Shown: positions 21,615-33,897 of the stretch, piece by piece
Numbering within the stretch: the stretch's first letter is position 1
Layout: each line of letters begins with the position of its first letter
Assembly: GCA_963817385.1 (NCBI GenBank)
Contig: CAWFOM010000008.1
Location: 1-64,000 of the forward strand
DNA length: 64,000 bases
Direction of reading: 5' to 3'
Source: an uncultured delta proteobacterium
Lineage (GTDB): Bacteria; Desulfobacterota; Syntrophia; Syntrophales; UBA5619
The notes under the pieces: model-generated
What the model saw: only the letters and a program-made list of their open reading frames with translations
What the model was told of the DNA's origin: nothing
Databases searched by the model: none
Made by a program: the position numbers and the translations under genes

Positions 21615-22349
21615 TTACGTCCGAAGCTGTTCACTCGTCATCCCGAACCTCCGCTCGCGCTGCTGGTAGTCGGCAATCGCCTTCAGGAGATGCCGCTCAC
21701 GGAAATCGGGCCAGAGGATCTCGGTGAAGTAGAATTCGGTGTATGCCATCTGCCAGAGGAGAAAATTACTGATGCGGCATTCGCCCCCCGTTCTGATCAG
21801 CAGGTCCGGATCAGGAAGTCCGGCAGTAGATAGATGACCGGCAAAGAGCTCCTTTGTCACCTCCGCGGCTGTGATTCTTCCGGCAAGTCCATCGCTCACC
21901 ATTCGTCGTGCAGCCTCTACCATCTCATCGCGTCCGCCGTAACTCAAGGCCAGGTTGAGGACCATCCCCTGATTGCGGACCGTTCGGTCCATTGTCTCCT
22001 TGAGCGTCATGTGGACGGATTCTCCGAGGGAATCCAGGTTGCCGATGGCTACAAGGCGGATATCCTGATCCATCATCTCCTGAGCCTCATTCTCGAGATA
22101 TTCCTTGAGCAATCTCAGGAGGGCGCGGACTTCTGTCTTGGGGCGGAGCCAGTTTTCCATGGAAAAGGCATAAAGGGTGAGGTACCGGATCCCGATCCGA
22201 CGGCAGGTCTTGACCGTCTCCCGCACGGAATCGGCGCCTTTTCGGTGACCCATGATCCTCCCCATGGCATGCCGTTCGGCCCATCGGCCGTTCCCGTCCA
22301 TGATGATTGCGATATGCTGCGGAAGTCTTTCTGGGTCGATTTCTTTCAT
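21615..22349 (-). CDS. uppS: Undecaprenyl diphosphate synthase
   Basis: HIAIIMDGNGRWA, YAFSMENW and DPDLLIRTGGECRISNFLLWQ. Confidence 0.97.
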   Translation of the reverse strand: MKEIDPERLPQHIAIIMDGNGRWAERHAMGRIMGHRKGADSVRETVKTCRRIGIRYLTLYAFSMENWLRPKTEVRALLRLLKEYLENEAQEMMDQDIRLVAIGNLDSLGESVHMTLKETMDRTVRNQGMVLNLALSYGGRDEMVEAARRMVSDGLAGRITAAEVTKELFAGHLSTAGLPDPDLLIRTGGECRISNFLLWQMAYTEFYFTEILWPDFRERHLLKAIADYQQRERRFGMTSEQLRT

Positions 22350-22433
22350 GGTAAACCGCATAGATTATAGGATGATGAAAACTCTCTTCGAGCCCCGAGT
22401 AACACATTGGCGGCAATTTTTCAAGGCGGATCG

Positions 22434-22464
22434 AAACAAAACGGGGAGCCGCCGGCTCCCCGTT
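22434..22464 (-). terminator. Intrinsic terminator after frr
   Basis: Hairpin aacggggagcc-gcc-ggctccccgtt followed by a T-rich tail on the minus strand. Confidence 0.7.
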
Positions 22465-22488
22465 GTATGACGGTTCCTCCGACCTGAT

Positions 22489-23047
22489 TCAGATCTCCAT
22501 GATCTCTTTCTCCTTGGCCGCCAGGATCTGATCGGTCTTCTCGATGGAGCGGTCGGTCATCTTCTGTACCTCTTCCTGGAAGCCATAGAGTTCATCCTCG
22601 GAGATCTCATTATCCTTCTTCAGCGCCTTGAGCTGCTCGTTGGCGTCCCTTCGGCTGTTGCGCTGCTTGACCTTGCACTCTTCCGCCATCTTCCGCACAA
22701 CCTTGACCAGTTCCCTGCGCCTCTCTTCGGTGAGGGTGGGAATCGACAAGTCGGATCAGTTTCCCGTCGTTATTGGGCATCAGTCCCAGATCCGATTTCT
22801 GGATCGCTTTCTCAATTGCGCCAAGAACCGAGCTGTCCCAGGGAGAGATGACGATCAGCCGACTTTCGGGAATGGAAAGAGACGCAACTTGGTTGAGGGG
22901 TGTCGGCGTTCCATAATACTCAACCCTGATCCCCTCCAGAAGGGAGAGGGATGCCCTTCCCGTTCTGACCTTGCTGAAGGACTTTTCAAGGGCGCTGATC
23001 GCCTTCTCCATCGCCTCCTTCAGTTCCTCAAAAATCAATTCCTTCAT
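22489..23047 (-). CDS. frr: Ribosome recycling factor (frameshift near 22750)
   Basis: [19 protein letters not shown] and [21 protein letters not shown]...KEKEIMEI is in a second frame. Confidence 0.96.
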
Positions 23048-23051
23048 GAGA

Positions 23052-23774
<723 letters not shown>

Positions 23775-24377
23775 TTACTTCTGCTCCTCGCCCAGTTGAA
23801 ACCGCGCGAATCTTCTTACAATAATATTCTCCCCGGTTTTGGCGATCATGTTGCTGACCAGCGTGCCCACGGTGATGTCCGTATTCTTGATGAACTTCTG
23901 ATCCATCAGGCACACCTCTTCGAAGTATTTTTTCAGCTTGCCCTCGATGATCTTCTCCCAGATCTTTTCCGGCTTCTTCTCCTCGACCAGCTGGCTCCGG
24001 TAGATCTCCTTCTCCCGCTCCAGCGACTGCGCGGGTATCTCATCCGACCTCACGTAGAGGGGATTCGAGGCGGCGACATGCATGGCCAGATCCTTTGCCA
24101 GGGCCTGGAAATCATCCGTCTTGGCCACGAAATCGGTTTCGCAGTTCACCTCGACCATAACGCCGATCTTTCCCCCCATGTGAATATAGGAGGCAACCGT
24201 ACCATCCTTCGCAGCCTTGGAGGAACGCTTAGTAGCGGCCGACATCCCCTTTTTCCGGAGATAATCGATGGCCTTTTCAAAATCCCCTTCCGCGGAGCAG
24301 AGCGCCTCCTTGCAATCCATCATGCCGGCGCCCGTCTTGACCCTCAACTCCTTCACCATTCCTGATGTGATATCCAA
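23775..24377 (-). CDS. tsf: Elongation factor Ts (short ~200 aa form)
   Basis: TTG start; VKELRVKTGAGMMDCK, EVNCETDFVA and RRFARFQLGE. Confidence 0.97.
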   Translation of the reverse strand: MDITSGMVKELRVKTGAGMMDCKEALCSAEGDFEKAIDYLRKKGMSAATKRSSKAAKDGTVASYIHMGGKIGVMVEVNCETDFVAKTDDFQALAKDLAMHVAASNPLYVRSDEIPAQSLEREKEIYRSQLVEEKKPEKIWEKIIEGKLKKYFEEVCLMDQKFIKNTDITVGTLVSNMIAKTGENIIVRRFARFQLGEEQK

Positions 24378-24378
24378 T

Positions 24379-25224
24379 TTATCGTCCCTCCTCTGCCTGA
24401 TCCTTCGTGTCTGCCGGGGCATCGACGGTCTCGGCGCCTTTTGTTTCCACGCTTTCCGGCACATCCGATTCCTCATTGTCCGTCGTTCGGGGCGCCGCGA
24501 CGCCTGTTTCCTTGTCGCTTTGGGCCTGGAGGCGTTCTTCGAATCGCTTTTTCCCCTCAAGGACGGCATCAGCCATCTTGGCGGAAAAGAGCTTGATTGC
24601 CCGGATGGCATCATCATTCCCGGGAATGATATAATCGATAAGATCCGGGTCGCAGTTCGTATCCACCATCGCCACAATGGGTATTTTCAATCTTCGCGCT
24701 TCGGTGACGGCAATCAGTTCTCTCTTGGGATCGACGATAAACAGACCTTTGGGAACCCCCTTGATGTTCCGGATTCCCCCCAGGACCTTGGCGAGCTTAT
24801 CGCGGTCCTTCTGAAGGCCCATGATCTCCTTTTTGGGGAAGGCCTTGATGCTGTCATCCGCAAACATCCGGTCAAGATTGTTCAACCGGTCGATGCTCTT
24901 TTTGATCGTCGCGAAATTGGTCAGCATCCCTCCCAGCCAGCGCTGATTTACATAGGGCATGCCGCACCGGTCGGCCTCCTCGCGAATCGATTCCTGCGAC
25001 TGCTTCTTGGTGCCGACAAAGAGAATCTCTCCACCCCCCGCTACCGTGTCCACAACAAACTGATAGGCCGTCTGAAACATCCCGACGGTCTGCTGGAGAT
25101 CGATGATATAGATCCCGTTGCGGGCACCGAAGATATAGGGTTTCATTTTCGGGTTCCACTTGTTGGTCTGGTGACCGAAGTGAACCCCCGCCTCTAATAA
25201 CGCCTTCATGGAAATATTTGCCAT
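24379..25224 (-). CDS. rpsB: 30S ribosomal protein S2
   Basis: [21 protein letters not shown] and [11 protein letters not shown]. Confidence 0.98.
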   Translation of the reverse strand: MANISMKALLEAGVHFGHQTNKWNPKMKPYIFGARNGIYIIDLQQTVGMFQTAYQFVVDTVAGGGEILFVGTKKQSQESIREEADRCGMPYVNQRWLGGMLTNFATIKKSIDRLNNLDRMFADDSIKAFPKKEIMGLQKDRDKLAKVLGGIRNIKGVPKGLFIVDPKRELIAVTEARRLKIPIVAMVDTNCDPDLIDYIIPGNDDAIRAIKLFSAKMADAVLEGKKRFEERLQAQSDKETGVAAPRTTDNEESDVPESVETKGAETVDAPADTKDQAEEGR

Positions 25225-25322
25225 ACTAAACTCCTTCCTTGTTTTTTCCGCCATCCCCATCCGCTTGACCGGGAACTTTTCTCTCAGAAGAAAAGCAACA
25301 CCCGGCAATCCGGGGATGTGTG
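25225..25322 (-). promoter_or_regulatory. Probable rpsB (S2) autoregulatory leader RNA
   Basis: The minus strand reads cacacatcccc...gccgggtg...cccggt...ggggatggcggaaaaaac, a nested-stem layout like known S2 leaders, directly upstream of rpsB. Confidence 0.55.
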
Positions 25323-25396
25323 AATTGTGCAGGCCGATAACATAAAGATTTTAAATAATCAAGCTGAAATCGAGTCAATTATTGTCCTGTTCCTTT

Positions 25397-26593
25397 TTAC
25401 GTATGATAATGGGCGTTGATCTTGACATAATCGAAGGTAAGATCCGATGTGCAGATCGTCCATGATCTTCGCCCCATGCCCAGCCCGATTCGTACCCGGA
25501 TCTCGTTTTGCTTCATGATCGCGGCCAACTCCCCCTCCCGGCCTTGAATCCCGGTTCCGCATGAAAACAGCGGGATATCCTCAAAAAAGAGCCGGACTCG
25601 GTCCACGGGCAGGTCGATGCCCACGGACCCGGCTGCAGAGATGATCCTGCCCCAGTTCGGATCGCCTCCGAAAAAAGCCGTTTTTACCAGATTCGAATTG
25701 GCGACCGCATAGGCGACCCGCCGGGCATCGCGGAGCGTCTTTGCCTCTTCGACGGTGATCTCGATGACTTTCGTCGCCCCCTCGCCGTCGCGGACCAGTC
25801 CCCGAGCGAGTTCGGCGAGCAGGGCCGAGAGCGCCTCCCCGAAACGGCCCAGATGGCGGGATCCCCGTCTGATCGGAGGGTTTCCGGCCACACCGTTGGC
25901 CAGGACGAGGGCCGTATCATTGGTGCTCATGCAGCCGTCTACGCTTATCGCATTGAAACTGCCGCGGATCGCCTGGCGAAACACGGTGTCCAGGACATCG
26001 GGATCGATCACGGCATCGGTCATGACGTAGGCCAGCATCGTCGCCATGTTCGGTTCGATCATCCCCGCCCCTTTGGCGATGCCGCACAGGGTGACCTCCT
26101 TCGTCCCGATGAGAACCTTTCGGGAGGCGATCTTGGGAAACCGATCCGTCGTCATGATCCCGGCCTCGGCATCGGGGATCCCGTCGGCGTTGAGTCCGGC
26201 CACCAGTCCCTTCACGCCTGCCTCGATCTTCCCGAGGGGAAGCCGCTGACCGATGACCCCGGTAGACGAGACGAGGACGAGATCATCCGCGATGCCGAGC
26301 TCTCCGGAAGCGGCCCGTGAAACGGCCAGGGCATCCGCGAAGCCCTCCGGACCCGTTGCGGCGTTCGCGTAACCGCTGTTGGCGATCACCGCCTGGGCCA
26401 CCCCTGCCTTGATCCTTTCCATGTCGAGGAGGACCGGCGCCGCCTTGAAGCAGTTTCGTGTGAAGACTCCGGCCGCCGTGGCGGGACAGGTCGAGAAGAT
26501 CAGCGCCAGGTCCCGGCATCCGTCCGCCTTGATCCCCGCATGCACCCCGTTGGCAAGAAATCCGGGGACGCGATAGGTATCCATCTCTTTCAT
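25397..26593 (-). CDS. argJ: Bifunctional ornithine acetyltransferase ArgJ
   Basis: STGVIG, IMTTD, AKGAGMIEPNMATML, STND, DGEGAT and DPNWGRI. Confidence 0.97.
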   Translation of the reverse strand: MKEMDTYRVPGFLANGVHAGIKADGCRDLALIFSTCPATAAGVFTRNCFKAAPVLLDMERIKAGVAQAVIANSGYANAATGPEGFADALAVSRAASGELGIADDLVLVSSTGVIGQRLPLGKIEAGVKGLVAGLNADGIPDAEAGIMTTDRFPKIASRKVLIGTKEVTLCGIAKGAGMIEPNMATMLAYVMTDAVIDPDVLDTVFRQAIRGSFNAISVDGCMSTNDTALVLANGVAGNPPIRRGSRHLGRFGEALSALLAELARGLVRDGEGATKVIEITVEEAKTLRDARRVAYAVANSNLVKTAFFGGDPNWGRIISAAGSVGIDLPVDRVRLFFEDIPLFSCGTGIQGREGELAAIMKQNEIRVRIGLGMGRRSWTICTSDLTFDYVKINAHYHT

Positions 26594-26639
26594 ATGCTTC
26601 CTCAAACGCCCCGGCCGATGGTTCGGCCGGGAAAAGCCC

Positions 26640-29159
26640 TTAGGCTCCGCAGCACTTCTTATACTTCTTCCCGCTTCCGCAGGGGCAGGGGTCATTCCGG
26701 CCGACTTTGGCAGCTTCCCGCCTGATAGTCGTCGCCGCAGGGGTATCCTCTCCCCGCGACATAACGTAATCCTGACGCCTCTTCTCCTCGATCCTCTCCA
26801 CCTCTTCCTCCCGTTTGATCTGGACGATGCAGAGTTTCTGGATGGTGTCCTCCTTGACGCGGGCGATCATGTCCATGAACATGTCGTACCCCTCCTTCTG
26901 ATACTCCCGGACAGGATCCTTCTGACCGTATCCGCGCAGACCGATCCCCTCCTTGAGATGGTCCATGGCGAGGAGGTTATCCTTCCACTGCGAATCGATC
27001 GACTGGAGCATGATCACCTTCATCAGGTAATCCATCAGGGGCGTCCCGAACTCCTTCTCCTTATTCCGGAGATGCGTTTTGACTTCCGTGATGATCGTCT
27101 CCACGATGGCTGTCGGGGTGAGATCCCGGCCCTTCTCGGCGAGATTGAGTTTCAGGGTGAAATGGCCGAAGATCCTCTCATCGAGCCCCTTGAGATCCCA
27201 CTCCTCGGGATGGCTTTTCTCATCCACATACTCGGGAACGAGCCCTTCGACCATCTCCTCGATCATCTCCTCCAGATCGTCCCAGAGCGCCTCTCCCTTG
27301 AGGACCTTTTTCCTTTGTTCGTAGATCACCTGGCGCTGGCGGTTCATGACGTCGTCATACTCCAGCAGGTGCTTGCGGATATCGAAATTCTGCCCTTCGA
27401 CGCGCTTCTGGGCGTTCTCGATCGCCTTGGAGATCAGCCGATGTTCGATCGGCTGTCCCTCCTCCATGCCGATCCTGTCCATGACGGAGGAGATCCTTTC
27501 CGCACCGAATATCCTGAGGAGATCATCCTCGAGGGAAAGATAGAACCGCGACGAGCCCATGTCCCCCTGCCGTCCCGAACGGCCGCGGAGCTGATTGTCG
27601 ATCCGGCGGCTCTCATGCCGCTCCGTCCCGAGGATATGGAGGCCGCCCAGTTCAGCCACCCCCTCTCCCAGCTTGATGTCCGTTCCGCGTCCGGCCATGT
27701 TTGTCGAGATGGTCACCTGCCCGGGCTGACCGGCCTGCGCCACGATCTCCGCTTCCCGCTCATGATTTTTTGCATTCAACACGTGGTGCTTGATCCCCGT
27801 CCGTGTCAGATATTTACTCAGAAGCTCCGATTTTTCGATGGAGATCGTTCCCACGAGGACCGGCCTTTTCGCTTCATGAAGCTGCTTGATTTCCTCGATG
27901 ACCGCGTTGAATTTCTCCTTTTCGGTCTTGTAGATCACGTCCGAATAGTCCATTCTGATCATCGGCATGTTGGTCGGGACGACCAGGACCTCCAGCTTGT
28001 AGATCTTCCCGAATTCTTCCGCCTCGGTGTCGGCGGTACCGGTCATTCCCGCCAGTTTTCCGTACATCCGGAAGTAGTTCTGGAAGGTGATCGAGGCCAT
28101 GGTCTGATTTTCCTGCTCGATCTTCACCCTCTCCTTGGCCTCCAGGGCCTGATGCAGCCCGTCGCTGTAGCGCCTCCCCGGCATCACCCGTCCGGTGAAT
28201 TCATCCACGATGATGACCTTCCCCTCCTTGACGAGGTAGTCGACGTCCCTCTTGAAAAGGGTATGGGCCCGCAACGCCTGATTGACATGGTGCAGGATTT
28301 CCATGTTTCGCGGTTCGTAGAGATTCTGCACCTTGAGAAAATCTTCGACACTCGCGACCCCCTCTTCCGTCAGGACGACCGTCCGGCTCTTCTCCTCGAC
28401 CTTATAATCCTTGTCTTTCTTCAGGTGGGGAATGACCTGGTTTACCCGGGCGTATTTGTCGGTCGACTCATCGGACGCCCCGGAGATGATGAGCGGCGTC
28501 CGGGCCTCATCGATCAGGATGCTGTCCACCTCATCGACAATGGCGTAAAAGAAATCCCTCTGGACATAATCATCCAGACTGAACTTCATGTTGTCGCGCA
28601 GATAATCGAACCCGAACTCGTTGTTGGTCCCGTAGGTAATGTCGGCATGGTACGCAATTCTGCGCTCGTCGTCATCCATCCCGTGCACGATGACGCCGAC
28701 GGTCATGTCCAGAAATTGATAGATGGGACCCATCCAGGCGGCGTCTCTTCTGGCAAGATAATCATTGACCGTCACCAGATGAACGCCTCTCCCGGCCAGG
28801 GCATTGAGGTAGAGGGGCATGGTTGCGGCCAGGGTCTTGCCCTCGCCGGTTTTCATCTCGGCGATCTTCCCCTCATGGAGGACCAGCCCTCCGAGAATCT
28901 GAACATCGAACGGTCGCATCTGCACCGTACGCCGCGCCGCTTCACGGGCAACGGCAAACGCCTCGACAAGGATATCGTCCAACTCGGCGCCCTTCTGCAG
29001 CTTGTCTCGGAAATAGGGGGTTTTCGCCTTGAGTTCTTCATCGCTTGCGGCCATCATCGCCGGTTCAAGATTATTTATCTCATCGAGAATCAGGGAGAGG
29101 CGCTTCATTTCCCGATCGTTTTTACTTCCGACAAGCTTTTTCAGGATCATGTGGAGCAT
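26640..29159 (-). CDS. secA: Protein translocase ATPase SecA
   Basis: [30 protein letters not shown] and the C-terminal [19 protein letters not shown]. Confidence 0.99.
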   Translation of the reverse strand: MLHMILKKLVGSKNDREMKRLSLILDEINNLEPAMMAASDEELKAKTPYFRDKLQKGAELDDILVEAFAVAREAARRTVQMRPFDVQILGGLVLHEGKIAEMKTGEGKTLAATMPLYLNALAGRGVHLVTVNDYLARRDAAWMGPIYQFLDMTVGVIVHGMDDDERRIAYHADITYGTNNEFGFDYLRDNMKFSLDDYVQRDFFYAIVDEVDSILIDEARTPLIISGASDESTDKYARVNQVIPHLKKDKDYKVEEKSRTVVLTEEGVASVEDFLKVQNLYEPRNMEILHHVNQALRAHTLFKRDVDYLVKEGKVIIVDEFTGRVMPGRRYSDGLHQALEAKERVKIEQENQTMASITFQNYFRMYGKLAGMTGTADTEAEEFGKIYKLEVLVVPTNMPMIRMDYSDVIYKTEKEKFNAVIEEIKQLHEAKRPVLVGTISIEKSELLSKYLTRTGIKHHVLNAKNHEREAEIVAQAGQPGQVTISTNMAGRGTDIKLGEGVAELGGLHILGTERHESRRIDNQLRGRSGRQGDMGSSRFYLSLEDDLLRIFGAERISSVMDRIGMEEGQPIEHRLISKAIENAQKRVEGQNFDIRKHLLEYDDVMNRQRQVIYEQRKKVLKGEALWDDLEEMIEEMVEGLVPEYVDEKSHPEEWDLKGLDERIFGHFTLKLNLAEKGRDLTPTAIVETIITEVKTHLRNKEKEFGTPLMDYLMKVIMLQSIDSQWKDNLLAMDHLKEGIGLRGYGQKDPVREYQKEGYDMFMDMIARVKEDTIQKLCIVQIKREEEVERIEEKRRQDYVMSRGEDTPAATTIRREAAKVGRNDPCPCGSGKKYKKCCGA

Positions 29160-29234
29160 ACAATTCCTTCAAAAAAAAGCCGGTACATTGACCGGCGGAT
29201 TCATTCCTGGCGGCTTATTAATAATATCCACGAA

Positions 29235-30140
29235 TTAATTCAAATATTTCCGTGGATTGACGGGGATGCCGTTGAGCATGACGGCATAGTGAAGGTGGGA
29301 CCCCGTGCTTCGGCCGGAATTACCCACATAACCGATCCGATCACCCTTCCTGACTGATGCACCGGAACGGACAATCGCCTTGGAGAGATGACCATAGAAA
29401 GTGGTAATGCCGTGTCCGTGATCGATTTGGATCATCTGGCCCACATCCTGCTGGTGGGCGACCTCCGTCACAATGCCGTCGGCAGGGGCCTGAATAACCC
29501 GTCCATACTTTGTTGCAATATCGATCGCTTTATGAAATTCCCGATCATTGCCGAACGGATTGATCCGTCTCCCGAATTCGGATGTCACCCATCCCACGAC
29601 GGGCCAAATGGACGGAGTCGCGGCCAGAATCGATTTTTTCTCCTTCAGGAAACCCAGGAGGGCGGTAAAGCTCTGCTCCCGGGAAAGGGCATCGTCCATC
29701 AGGCTGTCCACACGGCGCTGGACCCCGGCAATCAGCGCCTTGTCATCGGCAGCTACCTGGGAGCGCAGGCGGTTCTCCTCATTCATCGGACCGCCTATGC
29801 CAAGAAGCTGTTCCTTGTCACGGCCCGTTTCCAGATTTGCCATGATTCTGATCTTCTTATCGAACTGTTTGAGCTCTTCGATCTTGGAAGCAAACTGATC
29901 AACCTTGGCCGCCAGTCCTTCGATCTGTGTCCTCTGTTCCACCGTCTGTTGCTTCAGGCGTTTCAGTTCCGCCTGTTCCCTTCGAATATGGATGTAATCA
30001 TAGGAGAAGTACATCATTATCAGGATGAGGCCCATCACGAAGATGGATACACCCTTTACCAGGGTGCCGGAGACGCTCATTTTCTTTGCCGAACTATGTT
30101 TCTTGGGTAAAATCAGGAGGGTATAGAAATTCTTCGGCAT
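29235..30140 (-). CDS. M23 family metallopeptidase with TM and coiled coil
   Basis: PSIWPV, HKAID, YGHL and GNSGRSTGSHLHY. Confidence 0.93.
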   Translation of the reverse strand: MPKNFYTLLILPKKHSSAKKMSVSGTLVKGVSIFVMGLILIMMYFSYDYIHIRREQAELKRLKQQTVEQRTQIEGLAAKVDQFASKIEELKQFDKKIRIMANLETGRDKEQLLGIGGPMNEENRLRSQVAADDKALIAGVQRRVDSLMDDALSREQSFTALLGFLKEKKSILAATPSIWPVVGWVTSEFGRRINPFGNDREFHKAIDIATKYGRVIQAPADGIVTEVAHQQDVGQMIQIDHGHGITTFYGHLSKAIVRSGASVRKGDRIGYVGNSGRSTGSHLHYAVMLNGIPVNPRKYLN

Positions 30141-30194
30141 TGAATCTCCTTTCTTCTATCCTTATATCGGCTGTTACAGTTAGAAGAGTGAGTG

Positions 30195-30222
30195 AAATTA
30201 CCATAATCTTCTAAAAAGTCAA
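30195..30222 (-). promoter_or_regulatory. Putative sigma70 promoter for M23-secA
   Basis: TTGACT-16-TAATTT, with an extended -10 TG. Confidence 0.45.
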
Positions 30223-30331
30223 GCACACTTTTTCAGCGACCAAATATATGTCTTGACATTAAAGAGACGGTTAAGCTAAAGAGCTCAAGCACATAGAATC
30301 ACCAGTCCGGGGTAATCAGAAAGGAGCTTTC

Positions 30332-32412
30332 ATGCCGAAATATGAATCAAAATCGATAAGAAACGTGGCGATCATCGGTCACGGGGGAACGGGCAAGACG
30401 ACGCTCTGCGAATCACTTCTCTACGTTGCCGGCAAAACGGACAGACCCGGCCGGGTTGATGAAGGAACCTCCTCCATGGACTATGAGCCCGAGGAGCAGA
30501 AGAGACATATCTCGATTGGCGCCGCCACGAACAATATCGAATGGGATAAACACCGGATCAACATGATCGACACGCCCGGTGATTCCAATTTTGCTTTTGA
30601 CACGAAAAGCTGCCTCCGGATCGTGGATGGGGTGGTGGTCCTTGTCGATGCCGTCGGGGGTGTCGAATTTCAGACGGAAAAGGTCTGGGAATACGCCGAC
30701 GAATTCAAGCTTCCCCGCCTCATCTTCATCAGCCGGATGGATCGGGAACGGGCCGACTTCGCCGAAAGCGGTGGAAAGCATCCGGACCCGCCTCGGAAAG
30801 AAGGTCACGATCTTTTCTCTTCCCATCGGCACCGAAGGCGATTTTACCGGAGTGGTCGACCTGATCGCGATGAAGGCTCTTGTCTTTCGACAGCGAGAAG
30901 AGATTGGCAAAAACAGTCGATATCCCCGCCGATATGGCCGAGGATGTGAAGAAGTACCGGGATGTTCTGATCGAAGATATCGCCGAGACCGACGACGAAC
31001 TGATGAACAAATATCTCGAGGGTGGCGAACTCAGTCCCGACGACCTGAAAGCGGGCCTTCGGAAGGGGGTGTTGGCCGGAGCGATCATCCCCGTCACCTG
31101 CGGATCGGCCCTGAACAATATCGGCATCACCTCCCTTCTGGATACGATCGTTCAATTCTTCCCGTCGCCCGTCGATTGCGGCGCGGTCACCGGAAAGAAA
31201 CCCGGAACCGATCAGGATGAGACCCGTTTGCCGGAGGAATCGGCGCCATTTTCGGCCCTTGTCTTCAAGACCATCGCCGATCCCTATGCCGGCCGCCTCA
31301 CCCTCTTCCGCGTCTACTCGGGAACTCTCAAGTCCGACTTGACCCTTTTCAACGCTTCCCGCAAGACTACCGAGCGGATCGGACACCTCTTCTTCCTCGA
31401 AGGAAAGATCCAGAAACCGGTCGACGAGCTCATCCCCGGCGATATCGCGGCAGTCGCCAAACTGAAGGAAACGGCCACCGGGGACACGCTGAGCGCGGAG
31501 AAATCACCGATTATCTACCCCAAGGTGGCCCCCCCTCCCCCGATCATCTCCTTTGCCGTGGAGGCGAAATCCCGGGGTGATGAGGACAAACTCGTCTCCT
31601 CCATCCACCGCCTGACCGATGAGGATCCCACCCTCGTATTCCATCGCGATGACCAGACCCGGGAGATGATCCTCTCCGGCCTCGGACAGATCCACATCGA
31701 AGTGGCCGTCGAAAAGATGAAACGGAAGTTCGGTCTGGAGGTGAATCTCAACACCCCGAAGGTCCCCTACAAGGAGACGATCAAGGGAAAGACGACCGTT
31801 CAGGGCCGGTATAAGAAACAGTCCGGCGGCCGCGGGCAATTCGGCGACACGTGGTTGGATATCGAGCCGCTCCCGAGGGGCGGCGGTTTCGAATTCGTCG
31901 ATAGGATCGTCGGCGGAGTCATTCCCGGGCAGTACCGGCCGGCCGTCGAAAAGGGGATCGTGGAAGCGATGGCGGAAGGCGTCGTTGCCGGCTATCCGGT
32001 CGTCGATCTTCGCGTTTCCCTGACGGACGGCTCTTACCATACCGTCGATTCCTCGGAAATGGCCTTCAAGATCGCCGGATCCCTCGGGTTCAAGAAAGGG
32101 GTTCTCGAATGTCAGCCCACCCTTCTCGAACCCATCGTCAATATCATGATCGAGATCCCGGACGAGTACATGGGAGATGTCATCGGCGATCTGAACAGCC
32201 GCCGGGGCAAGGTTCTGGGCATGGATTCGATCGGCCACCATCAGATCATCAAGGGTCAGGTCCCTCTCGCCGAAATCCTTAAATATGCCCCTGATCTCCG
32301 TTCGATGACGAGCGGTCGCGGAACCTTTACCTATGAGCACTCCCATTACGAGGAGGTCCCCAGCTACATCGCGGAGAAGATCATCGCCGAATCCAAGAAG
32401 GAAGATGCCTGA
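30332..32412 (+). CDS. fusA: Elongation factor G paralogue (EF-G2-like; frameshifts near 30762 and 30885)
   Basis: GHGGTGKTT, DTPGDSNF, KKQSGGRGQFG, VDSSEMAFKIAG and LRSMTSGRG; not in an rpsL-rpsG-tuf operon. Confidence 0.92.
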
Positions 32413-32413
32413 G

Positions 32414-32905
32414 ATGGGCTTTAAGGCCGTCATCATAACCGTAAGCGACCGGGGCGCCCGCGGCGAGCGTGAAGACACAAGCGGTCCGGAGATCGCCGGG
32501 ATGCTTGAGAAGGCGGGAATGGAGATCGTGGGCCGGCGGATCATACCGGACGTACAGGAAGAGATCCGCCGGACGCTCATCGAGTGGAGCGACGGGGAGA
32601 AAGCGGATTTGATCCTGACGACTGGCGGAACCGGCGTCAGCCCGCGGGACGTCACACCGGACGCCACCCGGGAGGTCATTGACCGGGAGATACCGGGAAT
32701 GGCTGAGGCGATGCGCCGTCATAGCTCGACCGTCACCCCCCATGCGATGATCTCGCGCGCCATGGCCGGCATCCGCGGCCGGACTCTGATCATCAACCTC
32801 CCCGGAAGTCCCCGCGGGGCTCGGGAAAATCTCAGCGTCCTGCTCCCCGCCCTCGCGCACGCCGTCGAAAAGATCCAGGGTGACGAAAAGGACTGCGCTC
32901 CGTGA
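32414..32905 (+). CDS. mog: Molybdopterin adenylyltransferase (MogA/MoaB family)
   Basis: ITVSDR, TTGGTGVSPRDVTPDAT and INLPGSP. Confidence 0.93.
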   Translation: MGFKAVIITVSDRGARGEREDTSGPEIAGMLEKAGMEIVGRRIIPDVQEEIRRTLIEWSDGEKADLILTTGGTGVSPRDVTPDATREVIDREIPGMAEAMRRHSSTVTPHAMISRAMAGIRGRTLIINLPGSPRGARENLSVLLPALAHAVEKIQGDEKDCAP

Positions 32906-33049
32906 AGGAACAACCGACTCTGCTGAGGTAACCACGGTAAGCGATGCCGGGAGAGCCATCTCTGGCCGCAAGAAGTCGCGCCCTAAAGGACACCCCTGCA
33001 TCAGACAGGGGGCGCGTTTCGAACATGACGCGAACGCCGGGAGGTCACA

Positions 33050-33874
33050 GTGCAGACTGACAAAATTATCCTATCGGTAGCCACAACCGGCAGCTGGCCG
33101 GCCAAGGCGCACAATCCCGCCCTACCCGTCACACCCGAAGAGATTGCCGAGGCGGCAGTGGAGAGCTGGCGCGAAGGGGCGGCCGTCGTCCACGTCCACG
33201 TTCGGGACGATTCGGGAAAGATGACCTGCGATCCGGCGCGTTTCCGGCGGGTCAAGGAGCTGATACGCGCCCGGGGGTGCGATATTCTCATCAATTATTC
33301 GACCAGCGGCGGGGCCGGCCGTGTGGATGAGGGGGAGCGCTTCAACAGCCTGGACACCGGTCCCGAGCTGGCCTCGCTCGATGCCGGCTCCATGAATTTC
33401 AACGAGCGCGTCTTCCTTAACCCGCCGGACTTTTTAGAGGAGTTGGCCCGTCGAATGCGGGCAGCCAACGTCAAACCGGAGATTGAAGTCTTCGACAGCG
33501 GCATGATCGGTAATGCCTTGCCGCTTATCAAAAGCGGCCTGATCAAACCGCCCCTCTGGTGGCAGTTCGTCCTGGGGGTGAAGGGCGGGACCCCGGCCTC
33601 GGCACGTTCCCTGCTTCACCTGGTTGACAGCCTGCCCGCGGGGTCGCTGTGGTCGGTGTGCGCCGTGGGGTCTCACCAGTTGCCGATGAATGTGCTGGCC
33701 ATCGCCATGGGCGGGCACGCCCGCACCGGTCTTGAAGATAACCTCTACTACCGCCGGGGCGAGTTGGCCGGAAGCAACGCCCAACTCGTCGCCCGTCTGG
33801 CACGGATTGCCCGCGAGTGTGGTCGGGAACCGGCCACTCCCGCCGAGGCGAGGCAGATGCTTGGGCTCGTTTAA
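33050..33874 (+). CDS. Beta-keto acid cleavage enzyme (Kce/BKACE, DUF849)
   Basis: NPALPVTPEEIA, HVHVRD, STSGG, PELASLDAGSMNF and RTGLEDN. Confidence 0.95.
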   Translation: MQTDKIILSVATTGSWPAKAHNPALPVTPEEIAEAAVESWREGAAVVHVHVRDDSGKMTCDPARFRRVKELIRARGCDILINYSTSGGAGRVDEGERFNSLDTGPELASLDAGSMNFNERVFLNPPDFLEELARRMRAANVKPEIEVFDSGMIGNALPLIKSGLIKPPLWWQFVLGVKGGTPASARSLLHLVDSLPAGSLWSVCAVGSHQLPMNVLAIAMGGHARTGLEDNLYYRRGELAGSNAQLVARLARIARECGREPATPAEARQMLGLV

Positions 33875-33897
33875 AGAAGGCGCTGAGAAGACATCCG

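Noticed and set aside
26958..29357. 799-aa plus-strand ORF and similar long antisense ORFs (e.g. 5840-7018, 49192-50322)
   Set aside because: Antisense shadows of well-supported genes in GC-rich DNA, with no motifs of their own.
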